In this document: one piece after another, positions 45,897 to 55,854 of the stretch
How the letters are laid out: every line of letters starts with the position of its first letter
Position numbering within the stretch: position 1 is the stretch's first letter
Virus record (IMG/VR): IMGVR_UViG_3300032268_000986
Span: 278,866 to 342,865 of that record
DNA length: 64,000 bases
Reading direction: 5' to 3' (one strand)
The notes under the pieces: model-generated
Seen by the model: the letters and a program-made list of their open reading frames with translations, nothing else
The model's database searches: none
Told to the model about the DNA's origin: nothing
Program-made: the position numbers and the translations under genes

Positions 45897-48800
45897 TCTA
45901 CCAACCACTATCTCAATAACACCCGATTCGCCGTTGAAGTTTTCCAGTGCTTTGCCAATAACTGTGCCCATGGCCGGTGTAGCACAGGCACATGCCGCAC
46001 CGTTACCAGCAGCGATCATCATGTCACCTTTGCGCACTGTGCCTGTGACCTTGGTAGGTACTCTTCCTGCTAGGGCCAGAGACACTGTGTACTCACTCTC
46101 TAGCATGGTGTTCATTAAATGAGCTGGATTAGTTGAAACCACACCGGCTACTCTAGCATCACCATACTGAGTTGACACAGTGACTTCGGCACTGCCACCA
46201 AACGACAGCACTGTGCCCGGAGTATACTCGGCATCTGCTGTGTACTTCTCTGCCAAGTCAGCATAACGAGCAGTTGTTGCAGTTGCAGTAATTATGTTAG
46301 CTGTGAAGTTTCCGCTTGCATCACGTGCAACAATTGCACTGGCTGTGTTGGCCGATGTTGCGGTAGAACCCAGGGTGACAGCACCAGTTGATACACTGGC
46401 TGTGATACCACCACCATTGGCCAGGCTCAGTACGCCTGTGTTGGTGATTGTAACGCCTGTGCTGCCGTTGTAGCTGGTGCCACCCAAACCTGTACCAATT
46501 GTCAATGTACCAGTTGCTGTAGCAGTGATAGTACCTGATCCACCCAGAGCAATTGCTGTGCCATTAACAGTCAAGCTGGCATTGGCCAATCTGGCTTGTG
46601 CTAATGTGCCACTTGAGATATTTGATGCATTGATTGTAGTGACATTGGCACCTGACCCGTTGAGTGTACCAAAGATGTTGCCACCAGTGATGTTGCCTGT
46701 GGCTGATATTAGGCCGGCTGTTAAAATGTTACCACCAGTGACGTTGCCACTTAGTGATGCTGTAGTACCTGTGTGTGTGGTGGCATTGACGTTGGCGCCA
46801 CCCAAGATGTTGCCACCAGTAATGTTGCCTGTGGCAGATATTAGACCACCTGTCAACAAGTTACCGCCAGTGATGTTGCCTGTGGCCGAAATTGTAGTGC
46901 TTGACGACACTGCACCAACCAATGGACCATAGAACGCTGCGGCAGTGATGTTACCCGACGCACTCATGCGTCCAATGTTCACATTACCTGTACCATTGGG
47001 TGTGAGTACAATGTTGGCGTTGGCAGCCGATGTTTGAATATCCAACTGAGCTGAGTCAACAATAGCACCTGACAACAATAGGTTTCCACCAGTGATGTTG
47101 CCAGTGCTCACAGTCAAACTGGTGCCAGTTATGGCAGCACCTGTGATGCCGCCAGCAGCTGAAATCAAGCCACCTGTGAGCAGGTTACCTGAAGTGGTAT
47201 TGCCTGTCACTGTGAGGCTGGTCAATGTACCCAATGATGTGATATTGGGCTGTGCTGCCGAGCTTACTGTGGCAGCATAGCCAGTGGTATTAACACTCAG
47301 TGTGCCGGTTACATTGGCTGCAGGTATTGATGTCAGTCCAGCACCTGATCCATTGAACTGCGATCCTGTGACTTGACCAGCTGCTGATATCAATCCTGCT
47401 GTGGTAATGTTGCCGCTCACAACGTTGCCACCAGCTGATATCAAACCTGTTGTATTGACGTTGCCCCCAACCACGTTGCCAGTGGCTGATACAAATGAAC
47501 TGGCTACTACTCTGGCAGTGTTAACGTTGCCAGCTGCAATATTGCCAGTTGCTGATACTGTGCCAGCAGTGCTCAAATTGCCTGTGATGGTATTGCCAGT
47601 CACACTCAAACTGGTCAGTGTGCCCACAGTCTGAAGACTTGAATTTACCACAGTGGCATTCAGGATAGATCCACTCAGTGTGCCTGCAGGTGCAACCACT
47701 GCCGCAGTAGATGCTGCTGTGAGCTGTCCTTGTTGGTTAACTGTAAACGTCGGGATAGCTGTGGAGTTGCCGTAGCTGCCGGCTGTGACCACTGTGTTGC
47801 TGATGCTGAACTGAGTGCCTGTCAGTGTGAGTCCAGTGCCAGCGGTGAAGGCACCCGAACCTGAGAATTGTGTCCAAACAACAGCACTTGTGCCCACTGT
47901 GGTAACTGGTTCCACCATGACCCAACCAGTGCTGTCATATTGTGTGCCTGCTGTGATAAACGTAAAGTCACCTCCAGCCATGGCAGTTGGAGTGTCAAAA
48001 TCTGTGGCACGAGTCAACACTGTTGTGCTTGTTCTTGTATAGATACCATTGTGTGCTGTGTTGGTTTCGTCTTTAATCAAGATACGCATGCCATTGCTCA
48101 GCGTCACACCGTCAATGGTGACATAACTGCCTGTGGTAGTCAGCGTGGCACCCACACCGCTGGTGCCATTGTTGTAGGTCACTGTGCCGCCAGAAATTGT
48201 GGCCAGTGTGGTCGTAGTTGCTGCGCTACATGAAGGTTGTATGTGCAATCCTTCAGCAACATTATCAACATAGGCCTTGGTGGCAGCATCTTGTGCTTGT
48301 ACAGGGTCACTGAGGTTGTTGATATATGTCTGAGTACTCAACACAATGTTGCCAGTGGCCGACAAATTGATGTTGCCGGTTGATCGTACTGTGGTTGCAG
48401 TACCAGTCACTGTGTTGGCAAAAACTCCACCCGCAGTGAGCAAGTTAGCGCCGGTGATGTTGCCTAACACACTCATGGCCTGTGATTCAGTGATAGTCAC
48501 TGCTATGGTAGGAGTGATAGCTCCGTTGGCAGTGGTTTGAATCACTGCATAGGTACCTCGAGCAGTGTCAGTTTGATCTTGTGCGGAGAAAAAGTCCAGT
48601 CTGCCAGTTGAGTTTGCACCAAATCCTTGTGATCCATTGCTGTAGCCACGGGCGGTGTACTGGGCTAATAGATCGCCGGCAACAGTTTGTGTTGGCGATG
48701 CTGCTGTACCACGAGCATGTCGTCCAGTGTAGGCAGTGTATACTCCTGTGCCATAGCTGTCTGTGGTAATTCGAGTAATATTAGCACTTTGGCCTGTGGC

Positions 48801-51800
48801 GTGAATTATGGTGCCCAGGGCATCAGCAATGCCTTGTGTAGCAGTTTGGGCAGACACCATGAGCAAGCTGTCAGGTACAGTGGCTGGACCAATGTTGACA
48901 TTGCCACCTGTGATGTTGCCTGTGGCACTCACTTGGCCAGCTGTATTGACATTTCCGCCAGTTATATTGCCTGAGACTGAAACTGTGGTGCCAGTCAAGT
49001 TACCAACCAAGGTACCAATGATGTTGCCACCAGTGACGTTGCCTGAAGCACTGACAGTGGTAGCTGACAACAATGTTGTTGATACGTTGCCACCAGTGAT
49101 GTTGCCTGTGGCCGAAATTGCGCCGCCAGTGGCCAAGTTAGCACCAGTAACGTTGCCGCCAGCGCTGACTTGACCAGCAGTGAGCACATTACCACCAGTA
49201 ACGTTGCCAGTGGATGTGATCAATCCAGTGGTAGTAAGATTGCCTGCTGTGGTGTTGCCGTAAAGAGTGATATTGGTCTGAGCACCTGATGTGATTGATC
49301 CTATGATCACATTGGTGTTGGAACCACTTGCTCCCAAGGTGCCAATGTCTATGGTCTTGACACTGCCCGAAGCAGTGACACCGTTGCCAATCACAATTGA
49401 TTGATTGGCTGTGCTACGACCTATGTTGATGGCGCCAGTCTGTGACGTGCCACCAATGGTAGTAGTACCTGTGGTTTGAGCATTACCTATACTGATAACA
49501 CCAGTGGTGGTGCTCATGGTCACGGTGCTGGTGGCTGTAAAAGTTCCACTCACTGAGGTGGTGCTTAGACTAGTAGTGCCGCCTATGGTAGCAGCGCCTA
49601 CAACATTCAATGCTGTCTGTACCACAGCATTGCCCTGTACATCAAGGTCTTTGTTTATAGAAACATAACCATCAAAATAGTTGCTGCCTCCTGTGGCTCT
49701 CAGGCCCTCGCCACGTGTGTCTATCTCTAGCACAGTGTCTGAACCTGATCCCACTATCCAGCATCGATTTTGAGTAAATTCCAAAAACATGCCGGTGGGG
49801 GTTGATTCAACAAATCCATACCAAAAACTGTGGTTGACAAAAGTGGCTGTGGTAAGATCATAGGGTGTGCCAAGATTGTATTGATTAATAGCATCGTTGG
49901 TTGATCCCAACATGTAGAATCTAGTGCCGTTGTTGTTGAACTGTATTGCTGCTGGTGCAGTGTCTTGTGTTGCCAGACTCACAAAGGTACTAAACGTGGC
50001 AGTGGCTATGTTGCCAGCTGATGAAAGATTATAGACATCAACCCCATCACCACTTGAGCCAGAAATAAACATCTGTGTGAGATCAGGCTTGAACGTGATA
50101 CCTGTGGGTGTTGACTCTTCAGCAACCACTGAAAACTCCTGCACAAACGTTAGTGTGTTGGCTTGCCAAGCGGTGCCAAAATTATATTCACGCACTGCAT
50201 CATTGCCTGATCCCACGATATAACACTTGGTACCATCTGAAGAAATGTATAGATCAGTTGGGGAAGTGTCGCTAAGATTTGGGGATACTCCTACATTAGA
50301 TGCCGTAGTGATGTTCCATGCTGTTGACAAGTTATATTCAGTGATATCATCACCTGAGGTGCCAACAATGTACATCTTGGTGCCATCGGGCTTGAAAAAT
50401 ATGCCAGTTGCTGCTGTCTCGTCCGCGGCCACACTGAAACTGTTGCCAGTCAAATACCAACCCGTGATGTCATTGCTGTTTTGCAGTACTGAATTTGCTT
50501 GCGTGCCTAATAAGATTACATTGTTGGCCGACACATTGCCTGTGGTACTGAGATTACCAGTGACGTTGCCAATTACATTACCAATGAAGTTTGCCGCAGT
50601 GACATTGCCAGCGGCTGAGATCAATCCACCAGTTAGTATGTTGCCACCGGTGACGTTGCCACTTGCACTCACAGTAACACCCTGTACCAAGGCAGCAGAT
50701 ATCAAATTGCCACCAGTGACGTTTCCTGTTGCTGAGACCAAACCTGCTGTGGTGACATTGCCACCTATGACGTTACCTGAAGCACTGACAGTGGTAGCTG
50801 ACAACAATGTGGTAGATACATTACCGCCAGTGATGTTGCCTGTGGCTGATACAATGCCACCTGTGAGTAGATTACCGCCGGTGACGTTACCAATTGCGCT
50901 AGCAGTACCACCAGTGATATTGCCACTTGTGACCAAATTGCCACCTGTGACGTTGCCGGCTGCTGATACCAATCCGTTTGAAAATATGTTGCTGCCAGTG
51001 ATGTTGCCTGTGGCAACCACATTACCCGATGACAACAAATTGCCAGCACTGACGTTGGCAGTAGCTGACACTTGCCCAGCTGTGGCAATGTTACCACCTG
51101 TAATATTGCCAGTGGCCAAAACTTGGCCAGCTGTGTTGATGTTGCCACCTGCCACATTGCCTGTCACGGCCAATGCGTTGCTGGTTTTATCAAAAGTAAA
51201 TGCGGCGCTACCGTTTAGAACATCAGCATCGTTGAATTGAACCTGTGTGTTAGATCCAGCTGCATCAACATTGCCAACAAACGTGCCAATAAAGTTAGCA
51301 GCAGTGATGTTGCCAGTACCGCTAACTTGGCCGCTGCCAAAAAGAATGTTGCCACCAGTGATATTGCCTGTGGTTGTTACTTGCCCAGTAGTGACAATGT
51401 TGCCACCAGTGATGTTGCCTGAAGCTGTAACTTGGCCGGCAGTGGCCACATTGCCACCAGTGACATTTCCGGTTGCCACAACTGTTCCAAGGGAACCAAT
51501 ATTTCCAGCAGTGATGTTGCCTGTAACTACTGCAACGCCTGAAGTGATCAGATTGCCACCAACTACGTTTCCAGTTGCAGTAATTAGACCACCAGTTAGT
51601 ATGTTACCACCAGTGATGTTACCAGTCAGCGATGCTACCGCAGCTTCTACTGTGCCAGCAACAAAAGTACCAAAATTGGCCACTGTGACTACTTCGTTGG
51701 CTATTGCCACGTCAACCGCTGCAAACATTTTGCCAGCACTGTCGTCATATCCAAAAAATGCACTTTTTTCTACGTTGCCAGCTGTGTCAAAATACCACAA

Positions 51801-52571
51801 CTGTGTGCCACGATCCTTGTTGTCATCTGAAGTCAGTGGTGTGTTGTTGGGCCCGTGACCCATGCTGATTATGGGATCTTCTACAGCCAGGGTAGAAACG
51901 TTGATGTAGCTGATATTGCCATTGACATAAAGATCACCGTTGACTGTGGCGTCACCTGTTACTGACAAAGTACCAATAGTTCCTGTTCCTGATACCAAAA
52001 GACCACCAGCATTAACGTTGGATGTGGCAACTACGTTTCCAGTAACGCTGGCTCCTGTGCTAGTGACCACCAATACATTGCTGGAGCCAGCCACTGTGAC
52101 ATAGGCATTGCCATTCACACCCGAAATGCCAATAGTTGTGGTACCTTGGGTGATTGAACTTACATCAATATTGCCCACATCAATGTTGGCCTGAGTGACA
52201 CCATCACTGGTATACACTGCAAACGTGTTGCCAGCTATTTCTTTCAACTGCAAGTTGCCCAAGTAAATGGTATTACCACCCACATACAAACTGCTCCAGG
52301 CCTGATTGGCTGATCCCAAATTGTAAGTGAGATTGGCAGATGGTACTAGGTTGCCAATAACATTGCCAGTCACGGTGACGCCGTTCAATGTTTTGTTGCT
52401 CAGTGTTTGAGTTTGTGTGAGACCCACAGTGGCAAATCCGCCTGCTACGGCACCGTCATGCACACGCAAGGTGTTGTTGGTTGTATCAACCGTGATTTCG
52501 GCCAACGCACCGGTAAAAGCGTTGTTTTCTGATGTTGTACCGCGTCGGTATTGTACTTGTGTTGATGCCAT
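45891..52571 (-). CDS. Giant tail fibre (2226 aa): Mtd_N-like N-terminus, GN(V/I)TGGN repeats, internal propeller-like repeats, C-terminal Peptidase_G2-like intramolecular chaperone
   Basis: QYRRGT...FTGA..EITVDT...LRVHDG; QDAATKAYVD; NGIY..TRATDFD; YADLAE...VALAGRVP.KV...KGD...IGKAL. Confidence 0.85.
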   Translation of the reverse strand: MASTQVQYRRGTTSENNAFTGALAEITVDTTNNTLRVHDGAVAGGFATVGLTQTQTLSNKTLNGVTVTGNVIGNLVPSANLTYNLGSANQAWSSLYVGGNTIYLGNLQLKEIAGNTFAVYTSDGVTQANIDVGNIDVSSITQGTTTIGISGVNGNAYVTVAGSSNVLVVTSTGASVTGNVVATSNVNAGGLLVSGTGTIGTLSVTGDATVNGDLYVNGNISYINVSTLAVEDPIISMGHGPNNTPLTSDDNKDRGTQLWYFDTAGNVEKSAFFGYDDSAGKMFAAVDVAIANEVVTVANFGTFVAGTVEAAVASLTGNITGGNILTGGLITATGNVVGGNLITSGVAVVTGNITAGNIGSLGTVVATGNVTGGNVATAGQVTASGNITGGNIVTTGQVTTTGNITGGNILFGSGQVSGTGNITAANFIGTFVGNVDAAGSNTQVQFNDADVLNGSAAFTFDKTSNALAVTGNVAGGNINTAGQVLATGNITGGNIATAGQVSATANVSAGNLLSSGNVVATGNITGSNIFSNGLVSAAGNVTGGNLVTSGNITGGTASAIGNVTGGNLLTGGIVSATGNITGGNVSTTLLSATTVSASGNVIGGNVTTAGLVSATGNVTGGNLISAALVQGVTVSASGNVTGGNILTGGLISAAGNVTAANFIGNVIGNVTGNLSTTGNVSANNVILLGTQANSVLQNSNDITGWYLTGNSFSVAADETAATGIFFKPDGTKMYIVGTSGDDITEYNLSTAWNITTASNVGVSPNLSDTSPTDLYISSDGTKCYIVGSGNDAVREYNFGTAWQANTLTFVQEFSVVAEESTPTGITFKPDLTQMFISGSSGDGVDVYNLSSAGNIATATFSTFVSLATQDTAPAAIQFNNNGTRFYMLGSTNDAINQYNLGTPYDLTTATFVNHSFWYGFVESTPTGMFLEFTQNRCWIVGSGSDTVLEIDTRGEGLRATGGSNYFDGYVSINKDLDVQGNAVVQTALNVVGAATIGGTTSLSTTSVSGTFTATSTVTMSTTTGVISIGNAQTTGTTTIGGTSQTGAINIGRSTANQSIVIGNGVTASGSVKTIDIGTLGASGSNTNVIIGSITSGAQTNITLYGNTTAGNLTTTGLITSTGNVTGGNVLTAGQVSAGGNVTGANLATGGAISATGNITGGNVSTTLLSATTVSASGNVTGGNIIGTLVGNLTGTTVSVSGNITGGNVNTAGQVSATGNITGGNVNIGPATVPDSLLMVSAQTATQGIADALGTIIHATGQSANITRITTDSYGTGVYTAYTGRHARGTAASPTQTVAGDLLAQYTARGYSNGSQGFGANSTGRLDFFSAQDQTDTARGTYAVIQTTANGAITPTIAVTITESQAMSVLGNITGANLLTAGGVFANTVTGTATTVRSTGNINLSATGNIVLSTQTYINNLSDPVQAQDAATKAYVDNVAEGLHIQPSCSAATTTTLATISGGTVTYNNGTSGVGATLTTTGSYVTIDGVTLSNGMRILIKDETNTAHNGIYTRTSTTVLTRATDFDTPTAMAGGDFTFITAGTQYDSTGWVMVEPVTTVGTSAVVWTQFSGSGAFTAGTGLTLTGTQFSISNTVVTAGSYGNSTAIPTFTVNQQGQLTAASTAAVVAPAGTLSGSILNATVVNSSLQTVGTLTSLSVTGNTITGNLSTAGTVSATGNIAAGNVNTARVVASSFVSATGNVVGGNVNTTGLISAGGNVVSGNITTAGLISAAGQVTGSQFNGSGAGLTSIPAANVTGTLSVNTTGYAATVSSAAQPNITSLGTLTSLTVTGNTTSGNLLTGGLISAAGGITGAAITGTSLTVSTGNITGGNLLLSGAIVDSAQLDIQTSAANANIVLTPNGTGNVNIGRMSASGNITAAAFYGPLVGAVSSSTTISATGNITGGNLLTGGLISATGNITGGNILGGANVNATTHTGTTASLSGNVTGGNILTAGLISATGNITGGNIFGTLNGSGANVTTINASNISSGTLAQARLANASLTVNGTAIALGGSGTITATATGTLTIGTGLGGTSYNGSTGVTITNTGVLSLANGGGITASVSTGAVTLGSTATSANTASAIVARDASGNFTANIITATATTARYADLAEKYTADAEYTPGTVLSFGGSAEVTVSTQYGDARVAGVVSTNPAHLMNTMLESEYTVSLALAGRVPTKVTGTVRKGDMMIAAGNGAACACATPAMGTVIGKALENFNGESGVIEIVVGRL

Positions 52572-52590
52572 GGTTTATCCTATGCCATAT

Positions 52591-53325
52591 TTATGTGCTG
52601 ACTACAGCTCGATCTGTAACTCTACGCCAATTAGTTCCGTCACTGAATGCCGGCACTGGGCCGCCTACATCATTTGTGACATATACAAATTGAGCTGCTG
52701 TGTCTGCTGTGGGAAGCCCAGCCACGGTATAACTGGGAAGAACCAACTGACCGGGATAAAAAACACCAGTAGTAACAATGGTGCCCAAATCATATACGGT
52801 TGTGGCCGGAACTTCGGTGACTGATCCAAAATCATAAAAAGTGGCTGCTGCTTCCCACACATAGCCGAGACTGCCGCCTACTTCCCAAACAATAGTACTG
52901 GCGCCAACAAAAGTGATAGTATCTGTGGCAGAGTTTGTTGTGATACTGATGCCAGTTCCAGCCACAAAATTCACTGTGGCGCCTGAAGAATTTGCTACCA
53001 CAGTGTTTGCGCCAGCCACTGCAATTGCGCCAAAGCTATTGCCGACGTTAAGACCAGTTAGCTGACTGCCGTTGCCCAGGATATAGTTGCCAGTGACGTT
53101 GCCCACAGCTGACACATTGCCCAAACTCACAACATTGCCACCAGTGACATTGCCTGTGACGGACACAAATCTACTGCTGGTCAGTAGCTCAACTTGACTG
53201 TTGCCGTTCTTGAAAAACAAATTGCCATCAGCATAGTTGATGGCCAATTCGCCCAAGGCTAGATTACCTGCACTGGGAACAGAGTTGGCATTGCCAGATC
53301 TTTTGAGGAGTAGAGTATTACTCAT
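52591..53325 (-). CDS. Short fibre/adaptor protein
   Basis: MSNTLLLKRS..VP....LALGELAIN..DG.LF.K N-terminus, GN repeats, C-terminal YTVAGLP...PAFSDGTNWRRV. Confidence 0.75.
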   Translation of the reverse strand: MSNTLLLKRSGNANSVPSAGNLALGELAINYADGNLFFKNGNSQVELLTSSRFVSVTGNVTGGNVVSLGNVSAVGNVTGNYILGNGSQLTGLNVGNSFGAIAVAGANTVVANSSGATVNFVAGTGISITTNSATDTITFVGASTIVWEVGGSLGYVWEAAATFYDFGSVTEVPATTVYDLGTIVTTGVFYPGQLVLPSYTVAGLPTADTAAQFVYVTNDVGGPVPAFSDGTNWRRVTDRAVVST

Positions 53326-53334
53326 TTGTTACTG

Positions 53335-55842
53335 TCAATATGTACCACCGTCAATGGTGCTGTTTACAGTAAGCACTGCATCGCCTAGCACGTACACACC
53401 GTCAGCGTAGACGTTGCCAGTCACGCCCACACCACCAGCCACACGCAGAGCACCAGTAACGTTGCTCACACTGATTGTGGTGGCCAAGATGTTGGCAAAG
53501 GTGTTTACCACCAAAGTGCCCACATTGGCTGTGTTGGGTGTTACAAGATTTCCACCTGTGATGTTGGATGTGGCGCTTACTATGCCTGCTGTGATGATGT
53601 TGCCGCCCACAACATTGGCTGTGATTGTGGCATTGTTGGCATTGACATTGGCTGCTGCTGTTACGTTGCCAGACACACTGATATTGCCAGAAGCAATGTT
53701 GCCTGTGACTGTGAGTAGGCCAGTGCTGATCACATTGGCACCAGTGATGTTGCCAGTTACACTCAGGCTGGTACCAGTGGCAGCACCAATGTTGGGTGTG
53801 GTCAAATTGGCTGAGGCTTTGACCACAACATTGCCGCCCACAATGGCCGTGGTGTCGTTGTCAACGTTGACTGAGAATACTGTGCCTGATAGAGTCAGGC
53901 CGTTACCAGCACTGTAGACTTGACTAGCACCAAATTGTGTAAAGGTTAAACTATCAAGACCTAGGATAATTTCGCCTGTGGGTGCTGTGAGCACATAGCT
54001 GTCACCAGCACCAGTGTTGCCGGCCTGCACATAGAAATAATCGCCTGTGTCAACACCGTTGATACTGCTGGGTGCATAGGTGTTCATGTCTGACGAACGA
54101 GTAAACACCCACGGTGCTGACACGTTACCAGTGTTGGTCACATCATAGACACCGTTGTGTGCACCATTGGTTTGTTGATAAACCAGCACACGTTGTCCAG
54201 CGGTTACTGTTACACCGTCAATTACCGCAGCGCCGTTGACGTTGGCAGTGAGTGTTGCACCCACACCAGGATTGGCTCTACCAACTTGACTCAAACCAGT
54301 GCCATTGGTCAGGTTAGTTTTCTGCACACCACCATAGGTTTCGGCCAATGTGATCTGTGTGTTGGCCGGGACTGAATACACAAAGTAACTGGTGTTGGCA
54401 ACGATACCATTAAAGCTGCTGCCCCAGTAAATCTGGTCATTGACATTTAGAGTATGTGTTGATGAGAATGTCAGTGTGGTATTGCCTGTGATGCTTGTCA
54501 CTGTGTGAGTAGTACCGCCTTGGGCATAAGTTGCTGCTAGCGCAGTGGGACTCTCAACATACACCGGAGTGTGAATAATAAGGCCAGCGGACACAGCATC
54601 GTCAACATACTGCTTGGTGGCTGCATCAGTGGACTGCTGCGGTGATGCTAGAGCATTGATGTGAGTATTGTTTAAATGTACGTTGCCAGAAGTGGGCCAC
54701 AGGTTAATGTCACCTGAGCCAGTGCTCACTGTGATGCCAGTGGTACCACGAATATTGGGGGTGGTCACAAGGCCTGCTGTGGCTATGTTACCACCAGTAA
54801 TATTGCCAGAAGCTGTGACCAAGCCAGCTGTGTTGAAATTTCCTGCTGTGACGTTGCCTGTCACAGTAATCAAACCAGCTGTGGCTACGTTACCGCCAGT
54901 GATGTTGCCAGTTACGCTGCTGGCACCAGTCACAGTAAGTATACTGTTGGCGCTGTCAAATGCCAAATTAGCACTAGCTGCAAAATCATTGCCAAAGTTG
55001 AATTGAATTTGACCGTTGGCACCAGCAGCTTGTTGGAAGTCCACTGGACTGCCGTTGGCATAGTAATAGTTGTTGGTCAAAATGCCACCAGCGGCCACAT
55101 TGCCTGCTGTGGCAATGTTGCCACCTGTGATGTTGCCAGTTACTGAAGCTAGTCCAGCTGTGACCAAGTTACCAGCAGTGACTGTACCAGCAATGTTGGC
55201 ATAACCTGAAGCAATTACATTGGCACTAGTCGCTACGTTTCCTGTGGCTGTAACTTGCCCTGCTGTAACAATATTGCCACCAGTGATGTTGCTGGTAGCT
55301 GTGATCAATCCAGCAGTGGCAATGTTGGCAGCAGTGACATTGCCACTGACCGATGCCACTCCAGTGATGTAAATACCAGTGTTGGCAAACACTGTGACAT
55401 TGGGCGTTCCAGCCACAGTGATTGAAATATTACCACTGTTGGCAATTTGAATGTTGGATGTGCCGTTGGCTAGAGCTGACGTAGAAATTTCTAAGTTGCT
55501 GGCTGATGTGACACGACCATATTGGTCCACTGTAAACACACCAATGTTGCTGACTGCGCCAGTGGTACCACCGTATGTGCCAGCTGCAACTCCAGTAGTG
55601 GTCAGTGTAAGAGTTAGGTTACTGGTGCCATTGCCAGTGTTGACAGAGTTACCAGTGACATTGCCCAAGACCTGTATGGGCTGATTTTGCGTGAGTTCGT
55701 ACACGCTGGCTGTACCAGTGTCTACCTTGGTGTACAATCTGCCATTGTAGGTATTGATGGCCAGTTCGCCTAGAGCCAGATTGGCTGTTCCGGGTACCGC
55801 GTTTGGGGTACTAGAACGTTTAATTAACAGTGTATTTGACAT
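53335..55842 (-). CDS. Tail fibre protein (835 aa)
   Basis: Same N-terminus as 52591-53325; GN repeats, DAATKQYVD, HNGVY, ends IDGGTY. Confidence 0.8.
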   Translation of the reverse strand: MSNTLLIKRSSTPNAVPGTANLALGELAINTYNGRLYTKVDTGTASVYELTQNQPIQVLGNVTGNSVNTGNGTSNLTLTLTTTGVAAGTYGGTTGAVSNIGVFTVDQYGRVTSASNLEISTSALANGTSNIQIANSGNISITVAGTPNVTVFANTGIYITGVASVSGNVTAANIATAGLITATSNITGGNIVTAGQVTATGNVATSANVIASGYANIAGTVTAGNLVTAGLASVTGNITGGNIATAGNVAAGGILTNNYYYANGSPVDFQQAAGANGQIQFNFGNDFAASANLAFDSANSILTVTGASSVTGNITGGNVATAGLITVTGNVTAGNFNTAGLVTASGNITGGNIATAGLVTTPNIRGTTGITVSTGSGDINLWPTSGNVHLNNTHINALASPQQSTDAATKQYVDDAVSAGLIIHTPVYVESPTALAATYAQGGTTHTVTSITGNTTLTFSSTHTLNVNDQIYWGSSFNGIVANTSYFVYSVPANTQITLAETYGGVQKTNLTNGTGLSQVGRANPGVGATLTANVNGAAVIDGVTVTAGQRVLVYQQTNGAHNGVYDVTNTGNVSAPWVFTRSSDMNTYAPSSINGVDTGDYFYVQAGNTGAGDSYVLTAPTGEIILGLDSLTFTQFGASQVYSAGNGLTLSGTVFSVNVDNDTTAIVGGNVVVKASANLTTPNIGAATGTSLSVTGNITGANVISTGLLTVTGNIASGNISVSGNVTAAANVNANNATITANVVGGNIITAGIVSATSNITGGNLVTPNTANVGTLVVNTFANILATTISVSNVTGALRVAGGVGVTGNVYADGVYVLGDAVLTVNSTIDGGTY

Positions 55843-55854
55843 ATTTTTACCTTT

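Noticed and set aside
45891-52571. Diversity-generating retroelement suggested by the Mtd_N-like N-terminus
   Set aside because: No reverse transcriptase, no TR/VR pair with adenine-specific mismatches and no C-terminal CLec domain seen in the window.
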